A DNA stretch of 64,000 bases from Oceanispirochaeta sp. (GCA_963663385.2 CAXXXD010000003.1:544001-608000); one strand, 5' to 3'; counted from the stretch's first letter, positions 47,895 to 58,648 are shown. Numbers and translations: made by a program. The notes: generated by a model from the sequence alone, not told the origin.

Positions 47895-49973
47895 ATGATT
47901 AAAGAACTAGAAGTTGAACAAAGCGATGCGGATCTTAAAAAAGCCCAGCAGATAGTTGATGAAGCCGAGGGTGGTACCAGGAATATCAAATCCGGCTGGT
48001 CCCGCTGGCTGATACCTGCAGTAGCCGTATCCTGGTCCATATTCCAGTTGCTTATTTCTTCCGTAGTGCTTCTGGAAAGCACAATAGTACGGTCCATCCA
48101 CCTGGGGTTTGCCATTTGTCTGGTTTTTCTGAGCCACCCTCTTTTTAAAAAACCCAGGAAAAACCGTTTTCTGAATTATTTTGCCAATAACGACCGTTTC
48201 AGCGTTGTCGATATAATAATAACTGTTTCTGCTACTCTGCTTGCTTTGTATATTGCCATTGACTATATCGGTATGAGCAATCGAATGGGGTCTCCGATTT
48301 TCAGGGATCTCCTGTTCGGGTTTATTCTGGTTGTTCTTCTCCTGGAAGCTGCCAGGCGTTCCCTGGGGCCAGCTCTTCCCATTGTGGCAGTCGTATTTAT
48401 CCTATACAGTTTTTTCGGACCTTACATGCCCTCTGTTCTGGCTTTCAAGGGTGTTTCTGTAAACCGTTTTATCGGTCAGATTACCATGACCACAGAAGGT
48501 ATCTACGGTGTGCCTCTTGATGTCTCGGCTACCATCGTTTTCCTTTTTGTCCTTTTTGGCGCCATGCTCGATAAAGCGGGAGCCGGAAAGTATTTTGTCG
48601 ATCTGGCTTTCAGTCTTCTGGGACGTTTTAAAGGCGGACCGGCCAAAGCCGCCGTACTGGCCAGCGGGTTGACAGGGATGGTTTCCGGATCCAGTATCGC
48701 CAATACGGTTACAACCGGCACGTTTACCATTCCCCTTATGAAAAGTGTCGGATATCCGGCTCACAAAGCAGGCGCCGTAGAAGTCGCCTGCAGTACCAAT
48801 GGTCAGCTGATGCCTCCCATTATGGGGGCGGCTGCCTTTATTATCGCAGAATACTGTAACCTGGAATATGTCGAAGTGATCCGTGCCGCTTTTATCCCTG
48901 CTGTTGTTTCCTATATTGCTCTGATGTATATAACTCATCTGGAAGCTTCCAAACTGGGACTGACGGGCATTCCCCGGGAAGAACTCCCCCGGTTCTGGCC
49001 CACTTTCATTGCGGGTATACATTTTCTGATCCCCCTGTTATTTCTTATCGTGGAACTGGTTGTATTCAGGCACTCTCCCGCTCTGGCCGCGTTCCGGGCC
49101 ATTATGGCTCTGGCAGTGCTGATTGTACTGCAGAATCTGTATAAGGCATATAAAAAAGGCTCATCCTACGGCAAGGCTCTGAAGCATGCGGCTTATCAGA
49201 TCCTGACGTCCCTTGAAGCGGGCGGAAAAAACATGATGGGAATCGGTGTGGCTGTCGCCTCCGCCGGTATTATTGTAGGTGTTGTAACACTGGGACTGGG
49301 AGGAATCATTACAGAAGTAATTGAAGTCCTTTCCGGCGGGAACTTCCTGTTGATTCTTATCATTACGGCTATAGCCAGTCTTATTCTGGGAATGGGACTG
49401 CCCACTACCGCAAACTATATTGTTATGGCCTCTCTGACAGCCCCGGTCATTCTATCCCTCGGGGAGAAGAACGGTATTATGATTCCCCTGATCGCTGCCC
49501 ATCTCTTTGTATTCTTCTTTGGTATACTGGCGGACGATACACCTCCTGTAGGTCTGGCGGCCTTTGCTGCTTCGGCTATTGCCAAATCAGACCCCATTAA
49601 GACTGGTATTCAGGGGTTCACCTATGATATTCGAACAGCCATACTGCCTTTTATGTTTATTTTCAATACGGATCTCCTGTTGATCGGTGTGGATAGTGTT
49701 TTCCATGCCATATGGGTGTTTATTGCCGCCCTGTTTGCCATGTTTGCCTTTGCAGCCCTGACTCAGGGGTTTTTTGCCGGGAAAAACAAATGGTACGACG
49801 GTGTACTCCTGGCTGTTGTTACGCTGACCCTCCTGAGGGCTGATCTGTTTAATTCGTGGTTGAACAGGCCCGATCTGCCTTCTTACTTCATCAATCTGGC
49901 GGGAATGGGAATAATGGTACTGGTATATCTGAACCAGAGATTGCGAATAAAAAGCTCAGAAGTGAAAGCCTGA
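47895..49973 (+). CDS. TRAP transporter fused permease (4TM/12TM)
   Basis: Motifs GGPAKAAV, GSSIAN, GQLMPPIMGAAAF, GMGLPT and DTPPV. Confidence 0.94.
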   Translation: MIKELEVEQSDADLKKAQQIVDEAEGGTRNIKSGWSRWLIPAVAVSWSIFQLLISSVVLLESTIVRSIHLGFAICLVFLSHPLFKKPRKNRFLNYFANNDRFSVVDIIITVSATLLALYIAIDYIGMSNRMGSPIFRDLLFGFILVVLLLEAARRSLGPALPIVAVVFILYSFFGPYMPSVLAFKGVSVNRFIGQITMTTEGIYGVPLDVSATIVFLFVLFGAMLDKAGAGKYFVDLAFSLLGRFKGGPAKAAVLASGLTGMVSGSSIANTVTTGTFTIPLMKSVGYPAHKAGAVEVACSTNGQLMPPIMGAAAFIIAEYCNLEYVEVIRAAFIPAVVSYIALMYITHLEASKLGLTGIPREELPRFWPTFIAGIHFLIPLLFLIVELVVFRHSPALAAFRAIMALAVLIVLQNLYKAYKKGSSYGKALKHAAYQILTSLEAGGKNMMGIGVAVASAGIIVGVVTLGLGGIITEVIEVLSGGNFLLILIITAIASLILGMGLPTTANYIVMASLTAPVILSLGEKNGIMIPLIAAHLFVFFFGILADDTPPVGLAAFAASAIAKSDPIKTGIQGFTYDIRTAILPFMFIFNTDLLLIGVDSVFHAIWVFIAALFAMFAFAALTQGFFAGKNKWYDGVLLAVVTLTLLRADLFNSWLNRPDLPSYFINLAGMGIMVLVYLNQRLRIKSSEVKA

Positions 49974-50022
49974 TTCCTATCCGGGGTTGTGATTCCCCGG
50001 GTAGTGTTTTATTATTTCCCTG

Positions 50023-51678
50023 ATGTCCAGTAAACAACACCAACGATTCAGTCTTTACTACCGCAACGGGTATGCTGTACTCAGGGTTTTTCCTCCCTCT
50101 TCTCCTGATGAAAAGGTATACGCCGAAGAAATTGTCAACAGGATGAAGCTCCTTCAAATTCCCATGGTCCGCATGAAAACTATCGATGATATTATCGAAC
50201 GGGCTGACGGGAGCAGGGAAAAACTTATTGAATGGCCCGCCGGCGTACATCTCAGTCCTCATATCAATATTCGAATCAGCGAGGATCTTATGCTGGTTGA
50301 GGTTTTTATAGATCCGCCGAAGATTGGCGGCGGGATTGTAACCAGAGAACAGTTTGAACACCTGATGGATGATAACGGTATTAGTTCGGGAATAGACTGG
50401 GACCGTATTACAGCCTGTACGGATAATGAATGTTATAATGCCTGGATACCTATCGCTAATGGCCGTCCACCCGTTCACGGACGGGGCGGGAGGGTAAAAT
50501 ACAACTTCAGCACCGATACGGGCAAGCCTTTCAGGGAACTGCCCCATGGCAGGATCGATCTGAAGGAACTGAACTTTATTCAGTTCAGGCGGAAAGGGGA
50601 CCTTTTAGCCGAAAGGGAAGCGCCTGTGCTGCCCCAGGATGGTTATGATGTGCGGGGAAATGCTGTTTCTGCCAATCCCATGGATGAGGAAGATCCGCTG
50701 GTTTCCGGGGAAATGACAGAACTGCGGGATGAAGGCATCTATGCCCTGGAAGATGGAAATGTCCGTCTTGACAGGGGCGCTGTGGTTATAGAACCGGTTG
50801 TAACCGTAAATAATGTGGACTACGAAACAGGGAACCTTGATTTCGAGGGGTCCATTATTGTAAAGGGTACTGTGGCAGACGGATTTCATATCAAGGCCAG
50901 CGGGGATATCCAGATAGGCAAAAGTGTCGGCCGGGTTCTGATAGAATCGGGTCGGAATGTTATCCTTCAGGCGGGAATAAACGGAGACAAAGAGGGGAAG
51001 GTAAAAGCCGACGGAGATATTTACACCCGTTTTGCAGAGAGTGCTTTTCTTGAGTCGACAGGGAGCCTGATTGTAACAGGGGCCATTCTTCACTCTACCA
51101 TCAAGGTCTCGGGACACCTTCTGCTGGAAGGGGGACGGGGTGAAATCCTGGGCGGTCTGGCCATCGTCCGGGGCTGGGTCAAATGCCGGAAAATCGGGAG
51201 CCTTTATGAAACAAAGACGAATCTTATTGTTGGTGTGGAACCCCATGAGCTGGAAGAATTTCTGGATCTGCTGAAAGAACTGGATGATTTACGGGATCAA
51301 CAGGATAATATTGACAAACAGATTCGGTATTACAATAAGAAAAGGAATCAGAACGGTTCTGTTCCGAAGCTCTCCATCCATATTCAGATTCTGGAAAAGG
51401 AATTAAAGGTTATCTCTTCCCGGATAGAGGAACATGCCAGGCGAATCAAGAAGATCAGAAAAACACTGGAACCGGATTCCGAGTGTTTTGTGCTGGCGGA
51501 GGATATGATTTATTCAGGCGCCAGGGTTAGTTTCGGTTTGTTTGAATTTGCACCGGACCAGCGAGGTGCCAGAAAAACCATACTTCAGTTCAGAGAGGGA
51601 AGGATTCGGGAAACCGGTTATAACCCGGCACAGATGCCCGAAGAGATAGCCAGACAACTTCCTAGGGACGAGACGTAA
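50023..51678 (+). CDS. FapA family protein (DUF342)
   Basis: Motifs GRIDLKEL and VDYETGNLDFEG, followed by beta-helix repeats and a coiled coil. Confidence 0.88.
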   Translation: MSSKQHQRFSLYYRNGYAVLRVFPPSSPDEKVYAEEIVNRMKLLQIPMVRMKTIDDIIERADGSREKLIEWPAGVHLSPHINIRISEDLMLVEVFIDPPKIGGGIVTREQFEHLMDDNGISSGIDWDRITACTDNECYNAWIPIANGRPPVHGRGGRVKYNFSTDTGKPFRELPHGRIDLKELNFIQFRRKGDLLAEREAPVLPQDGYDVRGNAVSANPMDEEDPLVSGEMTELRDEGIYALEDGNVRLDRGAVVIEPVVTVNNVDYETGNLDFEGSIIVKGTVADGFHIKASGDIQIGKSVGRVLIESGRNVILQAGINGDKEGKVKADGDIYTRFAESAFLESTGSLIVTGAILHSTIKVSGHLLLEGGRGEILGGLAIVRGWVKCRKIGSLYETKTNLIVGVEPHELEEFLDLLKELDDLRDQQDNIDKQIRYYNKKRNQNGSVPKLSIHIQILEKELKVISSRIEEHARRIKKIRKTLEPDSECFVLAEDMIYSGARVSFGLFEFAPDQRGARKTILQFREGRIRETGYNPAQMPEEIARQLPRDET

Positions 51679-52546
51679 AAAGTTTTCCTGCCAGGATGCC
51701 TGTGACAATAGTGATCAGACCGGCAACGGTCGTCCAGTAAATTGTTTCTCCCAGAATAATACTGATCCATACAAGGGACAGGAACGGGGCCAGGTACACT
51801 ATATTGCTGATATCCGCGGATCGTCTGGCGAGCTTCATGGCCATAGCCCAGAATACAAATGTTATCCCCATTTCAAACAATCCCACATAGGCTGACGAAA
51901 GAATGCCTTTCAGGGTCCATGCAGGTGTTTCCAGTCCGAGGAACCCCTTTATTATAAGCAGTACGGGGATGGCCGCTGTAAATGACCAGAACATCCTGAT
52001 AATCTCATTCCCCTTCTGAGCGCTGTTCAGGAGCCAGTACAGGGCCCAGAGAACAGAGCTGGACAGAGCCAGTATGATACCGCTTCTGGAGAATTCCTTT
52101 GTACTGCCGCTGCCCCCCTGGCTGATCAGGATGACTCCGGTCAGGCACAAACCAAGAGAGAGGATATCAATCCTGCGGAGAGCCTGTCTCAGAATGGGTA
52201 CGGAAAGGAGGACAAGCATAACGGGCCATGTATAATTGAGGGGTTGTGCAATCTGTGCCGGAAGCAGTTCGTAACTGCGGAAAAGGATCAGGTAATAACC
52301 CACAGGGTTTACCAGAGCCAGCAAGGCAATTCTGATCCAATCCCTGTTCTTCATTTTCAGAAGAGACGCCGTTTTTCCCTGAACGGCAATCAGGATAAAA
52401 AGCGCCACGGCCGACCAGATCACAGCACGCAGAAGAAGATGAAACGAATCCATTTCCTGCAGGGCTACTTTAAAGGCTGTCGCTACAGTTGACCAGAGAA
52501 AAACGGCAGTCAGTGCATATGTGAGAGCTTTATTGTTCTGTTTCAT
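51662..52546 (-). CDS. EamA/DMT family transporter
   Basis: About 10 TM segments, with WSTVATAFK, AQPLNYTWP and YLAPFLS. Confidence 0.9.
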   Translation of the reverse strand: MKQNNKALTYALTAVFLWSTVATAFKVALQEMDSFHLLLRAVIWSAVALFILIAVQGKTASLLKMKNRDWIRIALLALVNPVGYYLILFRSYELLPAQIAQPLNYTWPVMLVLLSVPILRQALRRIDILSLGLCLTGVILISQGGSGSTKEFSRSGIILALSSSVLWALYWLLNSAQKGNEIIRMFWSFTAAIPVLLIIKGFLGLETPAWTLKGILSSAYVGLFEMGITFVFWAMAMKLARRSADISNIVYLAPFLSLVWISIILGETIYWTTVAGLITIVTGILAGKLFTSRP

Positions 52547-53267
52547 TGCTGTCCATTTTAAGGTAACGGATTTTCTTAAACACTTTTTCCATATGGCGGG
52601 CTTCTTTCAGACTCATGCCGGACCGGGCGAATATATCCCTGAAGTATCCTCTGGTGTCAAATCTGTCTGGTTTGTCAAAAAAACCGATATCTTCCAGAAC
52701 CCCGTATACAGCAGAGGAGAGTTCATCTACCTTCTCAAGGCTCACAGGAGTATACCGGCCAATCCTCTCTTCGCTTTTTCTGTAGAACACATAGGCCATA
52801 ATCTGAACGGCATGAGAAAGATTGAGAGAGGGATTCTGCGGATCCGAGGGTATATGACAGGCTGCCGTACAGGCGGCAAGTTCCCGGTCGTTCAGTCCAT
52901 TCTGTTCATTGCCGAATACAAGGGCAATGGTTCCTTCCGTATATTCGGCGGCTTTCTCCGCCAGCTCTTCCGGGAGGTAGGAAAAATACTTGCGCCGACT
53001 GCCCCTGCGGCGGGTTATCCCTGCCGCCAGAACCGTATCTTTCAGGGCTTCCTCCAGTGTGTCAAATCGTTCTGCCCCGTCGAATATGCTTTTGGCATGA
53101 ATGGACATATCCCGGACATGTTCAAGATTCAATTCCGATATATCCCCGGCTATAGCCAGTCTCTTCAATCCCATATTCTGCATGCACCGGCACACGGAGC
53201 CGACATTCAGCCCTCCCTCGGGGCGGCACAGAACGATTTTAATTCGATTCAGGAAATCATTACTCAT
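52530..53267 (-). CDS. TrmJ/LasT-type SPOUT RNA methyltransferase
   Basis: Motifs NVGSVCR.M.NMG, VFGNE.NGL and PSLNLSHAV. Confidence 0.88.
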   Translation of the reverse strand: MSNDFLNRIKIVLCRPEGGLNVGSVCRCMQNMGLKRLAIAGDISELNLEHVRDMSIHAKSIFDGAERFDTLEEALKDTVLAAGITRRRGSRRKYFSYLPEELAEKAAEYTEGTIALVFGNEQNGLNDRELAACTAACHIPSDPQNPSLNLSHAVQIMAYVFYRKSEERIGRYTPVSLEKVDELSSAVYGVLEDIGFFDKPDRFDTRGYFRDIFARSGMSLKEARHMEKVFKKIRYLKMDSNETEQ

Positions 53268-53337
53268 AGTTACACTTTTATATCAGATTCCGGAAAGATT
53301 GAAAATCATCAGGGGCTGCTGTTTATCGGTTTGATTC

Positions 53338-55143
53338 CTACTGACTGATGATTTTAAGGAAGATATCCAGGAGTTCCGGATCAAACAGTTTTCCTCTCTG
53401 TTCTTTGAGAAAGTCCAGTGTTTCTTCTATGCTGAAACCTTGTCGATAGGGCCTGTCTTCGGTAATGGCATCAAAAACGTCGGCTATGGTGACAATCCGG
53501 GCGGGCAGGGGGATCTGTTCGCCTGCCAGACCTTCCGGGTATCCTGTACCGTCCCATCTTTCATGATGGTATTTGACTATCTGGCGGATTACGGAAAAGT
53601 CCGGAACATCTTTTAAAATATCGTAGCCCTTGCCGGGATGGCTTTTGATTATACTGAATTCCGCATCAGTCAACCTACCCGGTTTATCAAGGATGCTTTC
53701 GGGTACACCCATCTTCCCTATATCATGAAGCATGGCTCCCATATGAATGCCTGACTTCATTTCGTCGGATATATCCATCTTTTCGGTTATGATATCGGCG
53801 ACTTCCGCCACCCGGTCGCTGTGACCGGCGGTCCATCGGGATTTGGCATCCACGCTTCTGATGAGAGACCGGTAGAGAGCATTGTAGAGAGACTCCCTCC
53901 GTTTCATATCATGGAGACTCTTCAGGGCGACCCCTGTCTGATCCGAGAGCATTCCCAGGGCTTCCCTGTCCTGATTGCTGAAGGTCTTCCGGGAAATGGC
54001 AAATATGCCGACGAAAGTTTCATCCTGAAAGAGGGGGACACTTAAAACTTTTTTACAGGCCTTATCCGTCAGGATCATGACGGCAGGAGTATCCTCCCCA
54101 ATGGAAAATTCAAATGGAACTTCCATATTCTGAAGGAGCCTGTCCGGCACGTTTTCCATTTTGATTATGTGGTTTTCTATTTCACGTTCAGCCGGGGCAG
54201 CCGCTATTATATGAAAAGCTTCCTCCACTTTTTCCAGAACCGTAACAGGGGCCTGATCAAACTGATCGGATATAAGACCGGCCACCTTGTACAGAAGTTC
54301 CCTGCGGGATACCGACGAGAGTACAGTCCTGTCAATTCTGTTCATGGTCTGCATGGATTTTATTCGATGATCAATATTGGCCGCCATTTCGTCCATAGTG
54401 CGGGACAAAAGCCCTATGTCGTCCCGCCTCCTGCTGTTCATGCGGGTATCGAAATGACCGGAAGCCATGGAAAAGGCTGTATCAGCCATCTGCTTGATAG
54501 GCCTGGACAACCGGGAAGCAAAAAAAGAACCGAGAAAGGTAGAGAGGATCAGAACAACAATTCCATAAACCATAATGGTATCTTTTTCACTAGTAATATA
54601 GTTAAAAATACTGCCCTGCTTCTGAAGCATCTGAATAACATAGTCGTTATCATCCTCTCTGGAGGTAATGTCCAGAAGTATGCTTCTTTTATTCTCCTGT
54701 CCCAGAAAAAGCTGTTTTTCTATATATATGCCTTCTGACAGACTCCTGTTCAGGGATTCAACCTGTTTTTCATTCGGAAGGATCATGCCTGCGAATGATC
54801 TCTCGGAGGAGGCGAGCATCACCCAGTCTTCCTCTCCGTCTTTCTTCATAAAAAGATTAAGCTGAAAATCCAGAGACTGTTCATTCGGTATTATGGTTAT
54901 GATCTGTTCCAACAGCTTTGCGCCGATTTCGGGTTTTTCGATAAAAGCGTTGTAGAGCCAGTCCTTTTCGTAGTGGGATTCATGAAAAAGCTTTTCAATT
55001 CCACTGCGGAATTCCCTGATAACTTCCATGCTGGTAAGCAGGGTTCCTGAAATAAAGGATATATACCCTATAATCATCCCGAAAACGACAAAGAGAAGTG
55101 TCTGCTTAAGATGGAGCAGCTTGGAACCTAAACGAAAAGTCAT
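53338..55143 (-). CDS. Membrane sensor HAMP-GAF-HD-GYP phosphodiesterase
   Basis: Two TMs, HAMP (LSRPIKQM...DDIGLL), GAF, TAGHS, LHDIGK and HHERWDGTGYP. Start position uncertain. Confidence 0.9.
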   Translation of the reverse strand: MTFRLGSKLLHLKQTLLFVVFGMIIGYISFISGTLLTSMEVIREFRSGIEKLFHESHYEKDWLYNAFIEKPEIGAKLLEQIITIIPNEQSLDFQLNLFMKKDGEEDWVMLASSERSFAGMILPNEKQVESLNRSLSEGIYIEKQLFLGQENKRSILLDITSREDDNDYVIQMLQKQGSIFNYITSEKDTIMVYGIVVLILSTFLGSFFASRLSRPIKQMADTAFSMASGHFDTRMNSRRRDDIGLLSRTMDEMAANIDHRIKSMQTMNRIDRTVLSSVSRRELLYKVAGLISDQFDQAPVTVLEKVEEAFHIIAAAPAEREIENHIIKMENVPDRLLQNMEVPFEFSIGEDTPAVMILTDKACKKVLSVPLFQDETFVGIFAISRKTFSNQDREALGMLSDQTGVALKSLHDMKRRESLYNALYRSLIRSVDAKSRWTAGHSDRVAEVADIITEKMDISDEMKSGIHMGAMLHDIGKMGVPESILDKPGRLTDAEFSIIKSHPGKGYDILKDVPDFSVIRQIVKYHHERWDGTGYPEGLAGEQIPLPARIVTIADVFDAITEDRPYRQGFSIEETLDFLKEQRGKLFDPELLDIFLKIISQ

Positions 55144-55207
55144 ATATAAAAAAGTAACTATTTCAGAGTAGGGAATCAAGGAACATGCAGTGAATTTTAC
55201 TTGAACT

Positions 55208-55618
55208 TTACACTGACGGATTGCCCCTTCTGGAAACCGGTGCTGTTCCTTTTATCCATAGAAAGTGCGTGTGCTCGCCCAGACTGTTGAACGGAGACTG
55301 CCGGTAGTATTGCCTTTCCTGTTCCAGCCACCCTTCGCTGTCGATTCCGGGAGGCTGCCACTGCAGAAAAAAGCCCTGGAAAACACGGATTCCCGACTGC
55401 AGCAGGATCTGCCCCGGTTGCCGGTTCAGAACATTCTGTATTTCCTTTCCCGATAGTCCGCCGGGAGGGGTCAGTTTACGAGGACCTGAAGAGGCTTTCT
55501 TATGAGAGATAAGCTGACCATTAATGCCTTTTTTCAGGCGTATTACCCCCTTTTCCGATGCATATACTTTTTCTTCCAGCCTTAAGGCCAGATCGTCGAA
55601 ATTCCTGTTTTCCGCCAA
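55208..55618 (-). pseudogene. CmoM/SmtA-like methyltransferase with an in-frame internal deletion of the SAM-binding core
   Basis: N-terminus NRNFDDLA...VY.SEKG.IR and C-terminus GIRVF...LEQERQYYRQSPF..LG...H match both ends of SmtA/CmoM as recalled. Only 136 aa and no GxGxG motif. Confidence 0.7.
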
Positions 55619-55774
55619 TTCCTGCTATCCCGTCCAGTGAATTGTTCACAGTATAGCCCGACAGGAGCCTCGGGTTACAGCTCCCCCGGCGAATCGGGGA
55701 ATCTCATCAGGAAATTACAAAAAAGTGTAAAGAATTTCCTGACTTCCGGCGGTTGGAGCTGTTATCCTGATTAT

Positions 55775-58552
55775 ATGAACCAATACTGTATAGCCTGCGG
55801 CGTTTTCCGAACAGATCTTGAACTGATTCTGCCCACTCTGGCATCCAGACCCTTTGTCCGTTATCTGGAGGGGGGATTGCACTCTGATCCGGATTTCCTT
55901 CGCCGGGAACTGCAGGCTGCCATTGACGAGGTTCCCTGCGGATATGACAGGATTATTCTGCTGTACGGAGTCTGCGGCAAGGGAATTGTCGGATTGAACT
56001 CCGGGAATAAAACCCTTCTGATCCCCCGGGTACACGACTGTATCAGCCTCTTCCTGGGAGGAACGGCGGAGTACAGAAAACAGTTCTCCCATAAACCGGG
56101 CACCTACTATATTTCGCCGGGCTGGTACGATGAGCAGGTCCAGCCTAAGGGCAAAGTTTCCCAGAAAGGCACTTCTCTTCTGAAGGAACATAAAACCGGT
56201 TTTCCCAGACAGTATGTGGATACCATGGACCAGGAGGTCTGGCAGGAGCGGTTCGGGCAGGATAATACAAAAGAAATAACAGGTTTTTTTGATTCCTGGA
56301 AGAAAAACTATACCCGGGCCGTTTATATCGATACCGGATCGGCCCGGTCCGATAAATACGAAAAATATGCCAGAGCCCTTGCGGAGGAGAATGGCTGGGA
56401 GTATACGGAACTGAAGGGGTCAACCGCGATGATCCGCCGCTGTTTTGATGAAAATCCGGAAGGGGATGATCTTCTGATCGTTCCTCCGGGCCGCAAGGTT
56501 ACATTCGATCCCGCCTCCTCCAGTTTAAGCAGCGCCACTCCGGAAGGGGAGGATACTCTCTTCCGGGACCGGATTATCCGGACAACCGGCGAAGGAGATG
56601 AAAGCCTGAAAACCCGCTATACCAGAGGCCTGGGGATTGATGCGGGGGGAACCTATACGGATGCTGTTCTCTATGATTTTAAAAAATCCGCTGTTTTGTC
56701 GCGGGCAAAAGCATTAACGACAAAATGGAAGTACTCCGAAGGGATCATGGCGGCGCTGGAGCACATCCCCGCCGAGGAGCTGTCCAGTGTGGATCTGGTC
56801 AGCCTTTCCACAACCCTTGTTACGAACGCTATTGTTGAGTCAAATACCCATCCGGTCGGGCTTCTGATCATGCCTCCCGGCCGTCTAACGGCTGGGGATA
56901 TTGAACATGTTCCTGCCAGTGTCATTCAGGGGCGTATGACTATCGAGGGCGCGATGGTGGAAGATATTGATCCTGAGGAGATCCGTCAGAGGGCAGAGGA
57001 GATGATAACGCATTATGGTGTCAGGGCCTTTGCCGTATCCGGCTACGGCGGATCCGTGAATCCCCGGCTGGAGCTGAAAGTAAAGAAGATTATCAGGGAG
57101 TCTACAGGGCTGGATGTGTGCTGCGGTCATGAGCTGTCGGGCTCTCTGAATTTCTATATCCGTGCCAGAACAGCTGTTCTGAATGCGGGGACCATACCGA
57201 TCATGGAGGAGTTCCTGAGGGAGATGAAGGCGGCTCTGGACGGGATAGGTGTCAAAGCTCCTATCCTCGTTGTCCGGGGGGACGGTTCCATTATGACTGA
57301 ATCCTATGCCAGTGATTTTCCTGTACAGACAGCCCTTTCCGGTCCTGCGGCAAGTATGGCCGGAGCCAGGCATCTGACAGATCAGAAGGAAGCCCTGGTA
57401 GCCGATGTGGGAGGCACAACTACGGATATCGGTTTTCTGGAAGAGGGACTGGTTTCCATTTGTGATGACGGGGCTGCCATCGGCAGATGGAAAACCCATG
57501 TCCGGGCTGTGGATATGTTAACCGTCGGTCTGGGAGGGGACAGTGAAATCCTCTTTGACAGGCAGAGCTGGCGGATCGGTCCCAGACGGATAACACCTTT
57601 CTGCTGGCTGGACAGCCGCAATAACCTGGAGGAGGCTCTGGGGAAAGCTCTAAAGAAACCGGAACGCTGGGAGGGCTCCTTCAAACCCCTGCAATGGTTC
57701 TGCCTGAGCGGTAAAAAAGCGGACTTTGAACTGACAGGGCAGGAAAAGAGGATACTGGACGCACTTGCAGAACGACCTATGATGGCATGGGAACTGGGCG
57801 ATCTGATTTGTGACGGCGTATGGAAACTGCTCAGAACAGAACGGCTTGAAAAGTCCTATTGTCTGCTCCGGATCGGATTGACCCCGACAGATCTCTACCA
57901 TAGGGAAGGGGCTCTCTCCCTGTGGGACTCCCCTCTGCTGAAGGAATATGTTTCTTTATCGGCCATTGTCAGTTCCATGGCAGAGGACCTGTTTCTGGAA
58001 CATTTAAAAGAGAAGATTTCCCGCCAGGCAGGAGGAGCTCTGTTAGACCGGATTTTTCCCGGGAACAGTCAGCGGGAGCAGGAACGTCTGCTGGAGAAGG
58101 GGAACCGCTGGATGCAGCTGCAGCCCCGGCTTAATGTCCCTGTTATCGGTCTGGGCGGTCCTGCGGGGCTGATGCTGAAAGACGCCGTAACCCGCCTGGG
58201 AGGAGAACTGATCATCCCCGAAAACAGCGAAGTGGCCAACGCGGTGGGAGCCGTTACCAGTGAAGTCTCCGTCAGTACCAGCGCATCCATTGTCACGACA
58301 GCTCAGGGGCTGTTCCGTATCCAGGGGATCGCCCATGAGGCGGATGATTTTGAATCCCTTGAGGAAACCGAGTCCTACTGCCTTAAGATTCTTAATGAGA
58401 AAATCCTGAAAAAGGCCCGGGCAGCCGGAACCAGTTCCACAGGAGTGGAAATCCTGATTCAGAACCGTACCGCAGAAGCTTCCGGCGGGGAAAGCCTCTT
58501 TCTGGAAAGGCAGTTCAGCGCCAGCCTGACGGGAATTCCCGACCTGGTTTAA
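55775..58552 (+). CDS. DUF1638 domain fused to a hydantoinase/oxoprolinase A-family domain
   Basis: N-terminal IACG, GLH..P, YGVCG, HDCI and GTYY.SPGW; then GIDAGGTYTD, STTLVTN, SGPAAS and DVGGTTTD. Confidence 0.85.
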   Translation: MNQYCIACGVFRTDLELILPTLASRPFVRYLEGGLHSDPDFLRRELQAAIDEVPCGYDRIILLYGVCGKGIVGLNSGNKTLLIPRVHDCISLFLGGTAEYRKQFSHKPGTYYISPGWYDEQVQPKGKVSQKGTSLLKEHKTGFPRQYVDTMDQEVWQERFGQDNTKEITGFFDSWKKNYTRAVYIDTGSARSDKYEKYARALAEENGWEYTELKGSTAMIRRCFDENPEGDDLLIVPPGRKVTFDPASSSLSSATPEGEDTLFRDRIIRTTGEGDESLKTRYTRGLGIDAGGTYTDAVLYDFKKSAVLSRAKALTTKWKYSEGIMAALEHIPAEELSSVDLVSLSTTLVTNAIVESNTHPVGLLIMPPGRLTAGDIEHVPASVIQGRMTIEGAMVEDIDPEEIRQRAEEMITHYGVRAFAVSGYGGSVNPRLELKVKKIIRESTGLDVCCGHELSGSLNFYIRARTAVLNAGTIPIMEEFLREMKAALDGIGVKAPILVVRGDGSIMTESYASDFPVQTALSGPAASMAGARHLTDQKEALVADVGGTTTDIGFLEEGLVSICDDGAAIGRWKTHVRAVDMLTVGLGGDSEILFDRQSWRIGPRRITPFCWLDSRNNLEEALGKALKKPERWEGSFKPLQWFCLSGKKADFELTGQEKRILDALAERPMMAWELGDLICDGVWKLLRTERLEKSYCLLRIGLTPTDLYHREGALSLWDSPLLKEYVSLSAIVSSMAEDLFLEHLKEKISRQAGGALLDRIFPGNSQREQERLLEKGNRWMQLQPRLNVPVIGLGGPAGLMLKDAVTRLGGELIIPENSEVANAVGAVTSEVSVSTSASIVTTAQGLFRIQGIAHEADDFESLEETESYCLKILNEKILKKARAAGTSSTGVEILIQNRTAEASGGESLFLERQFSASLTGIPDLV

Positions 58553-58648
58553 AGGCCGGGGATATGTTAAAGCCATCAGTAATGGAGATGAATCCGGAAT
58601 AGTATATGCGAAACGTCGTGTTTTACATGTTCCGGATAATAAAACTCT

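Noticed and set aside
55637..55650. Rex-like operator GTGAA-TTG-TTCAC
   Set aside because: The spacer is 3 nt rather than 4 and the flanks do not match TTGTGAA-N4-TTCACAA.
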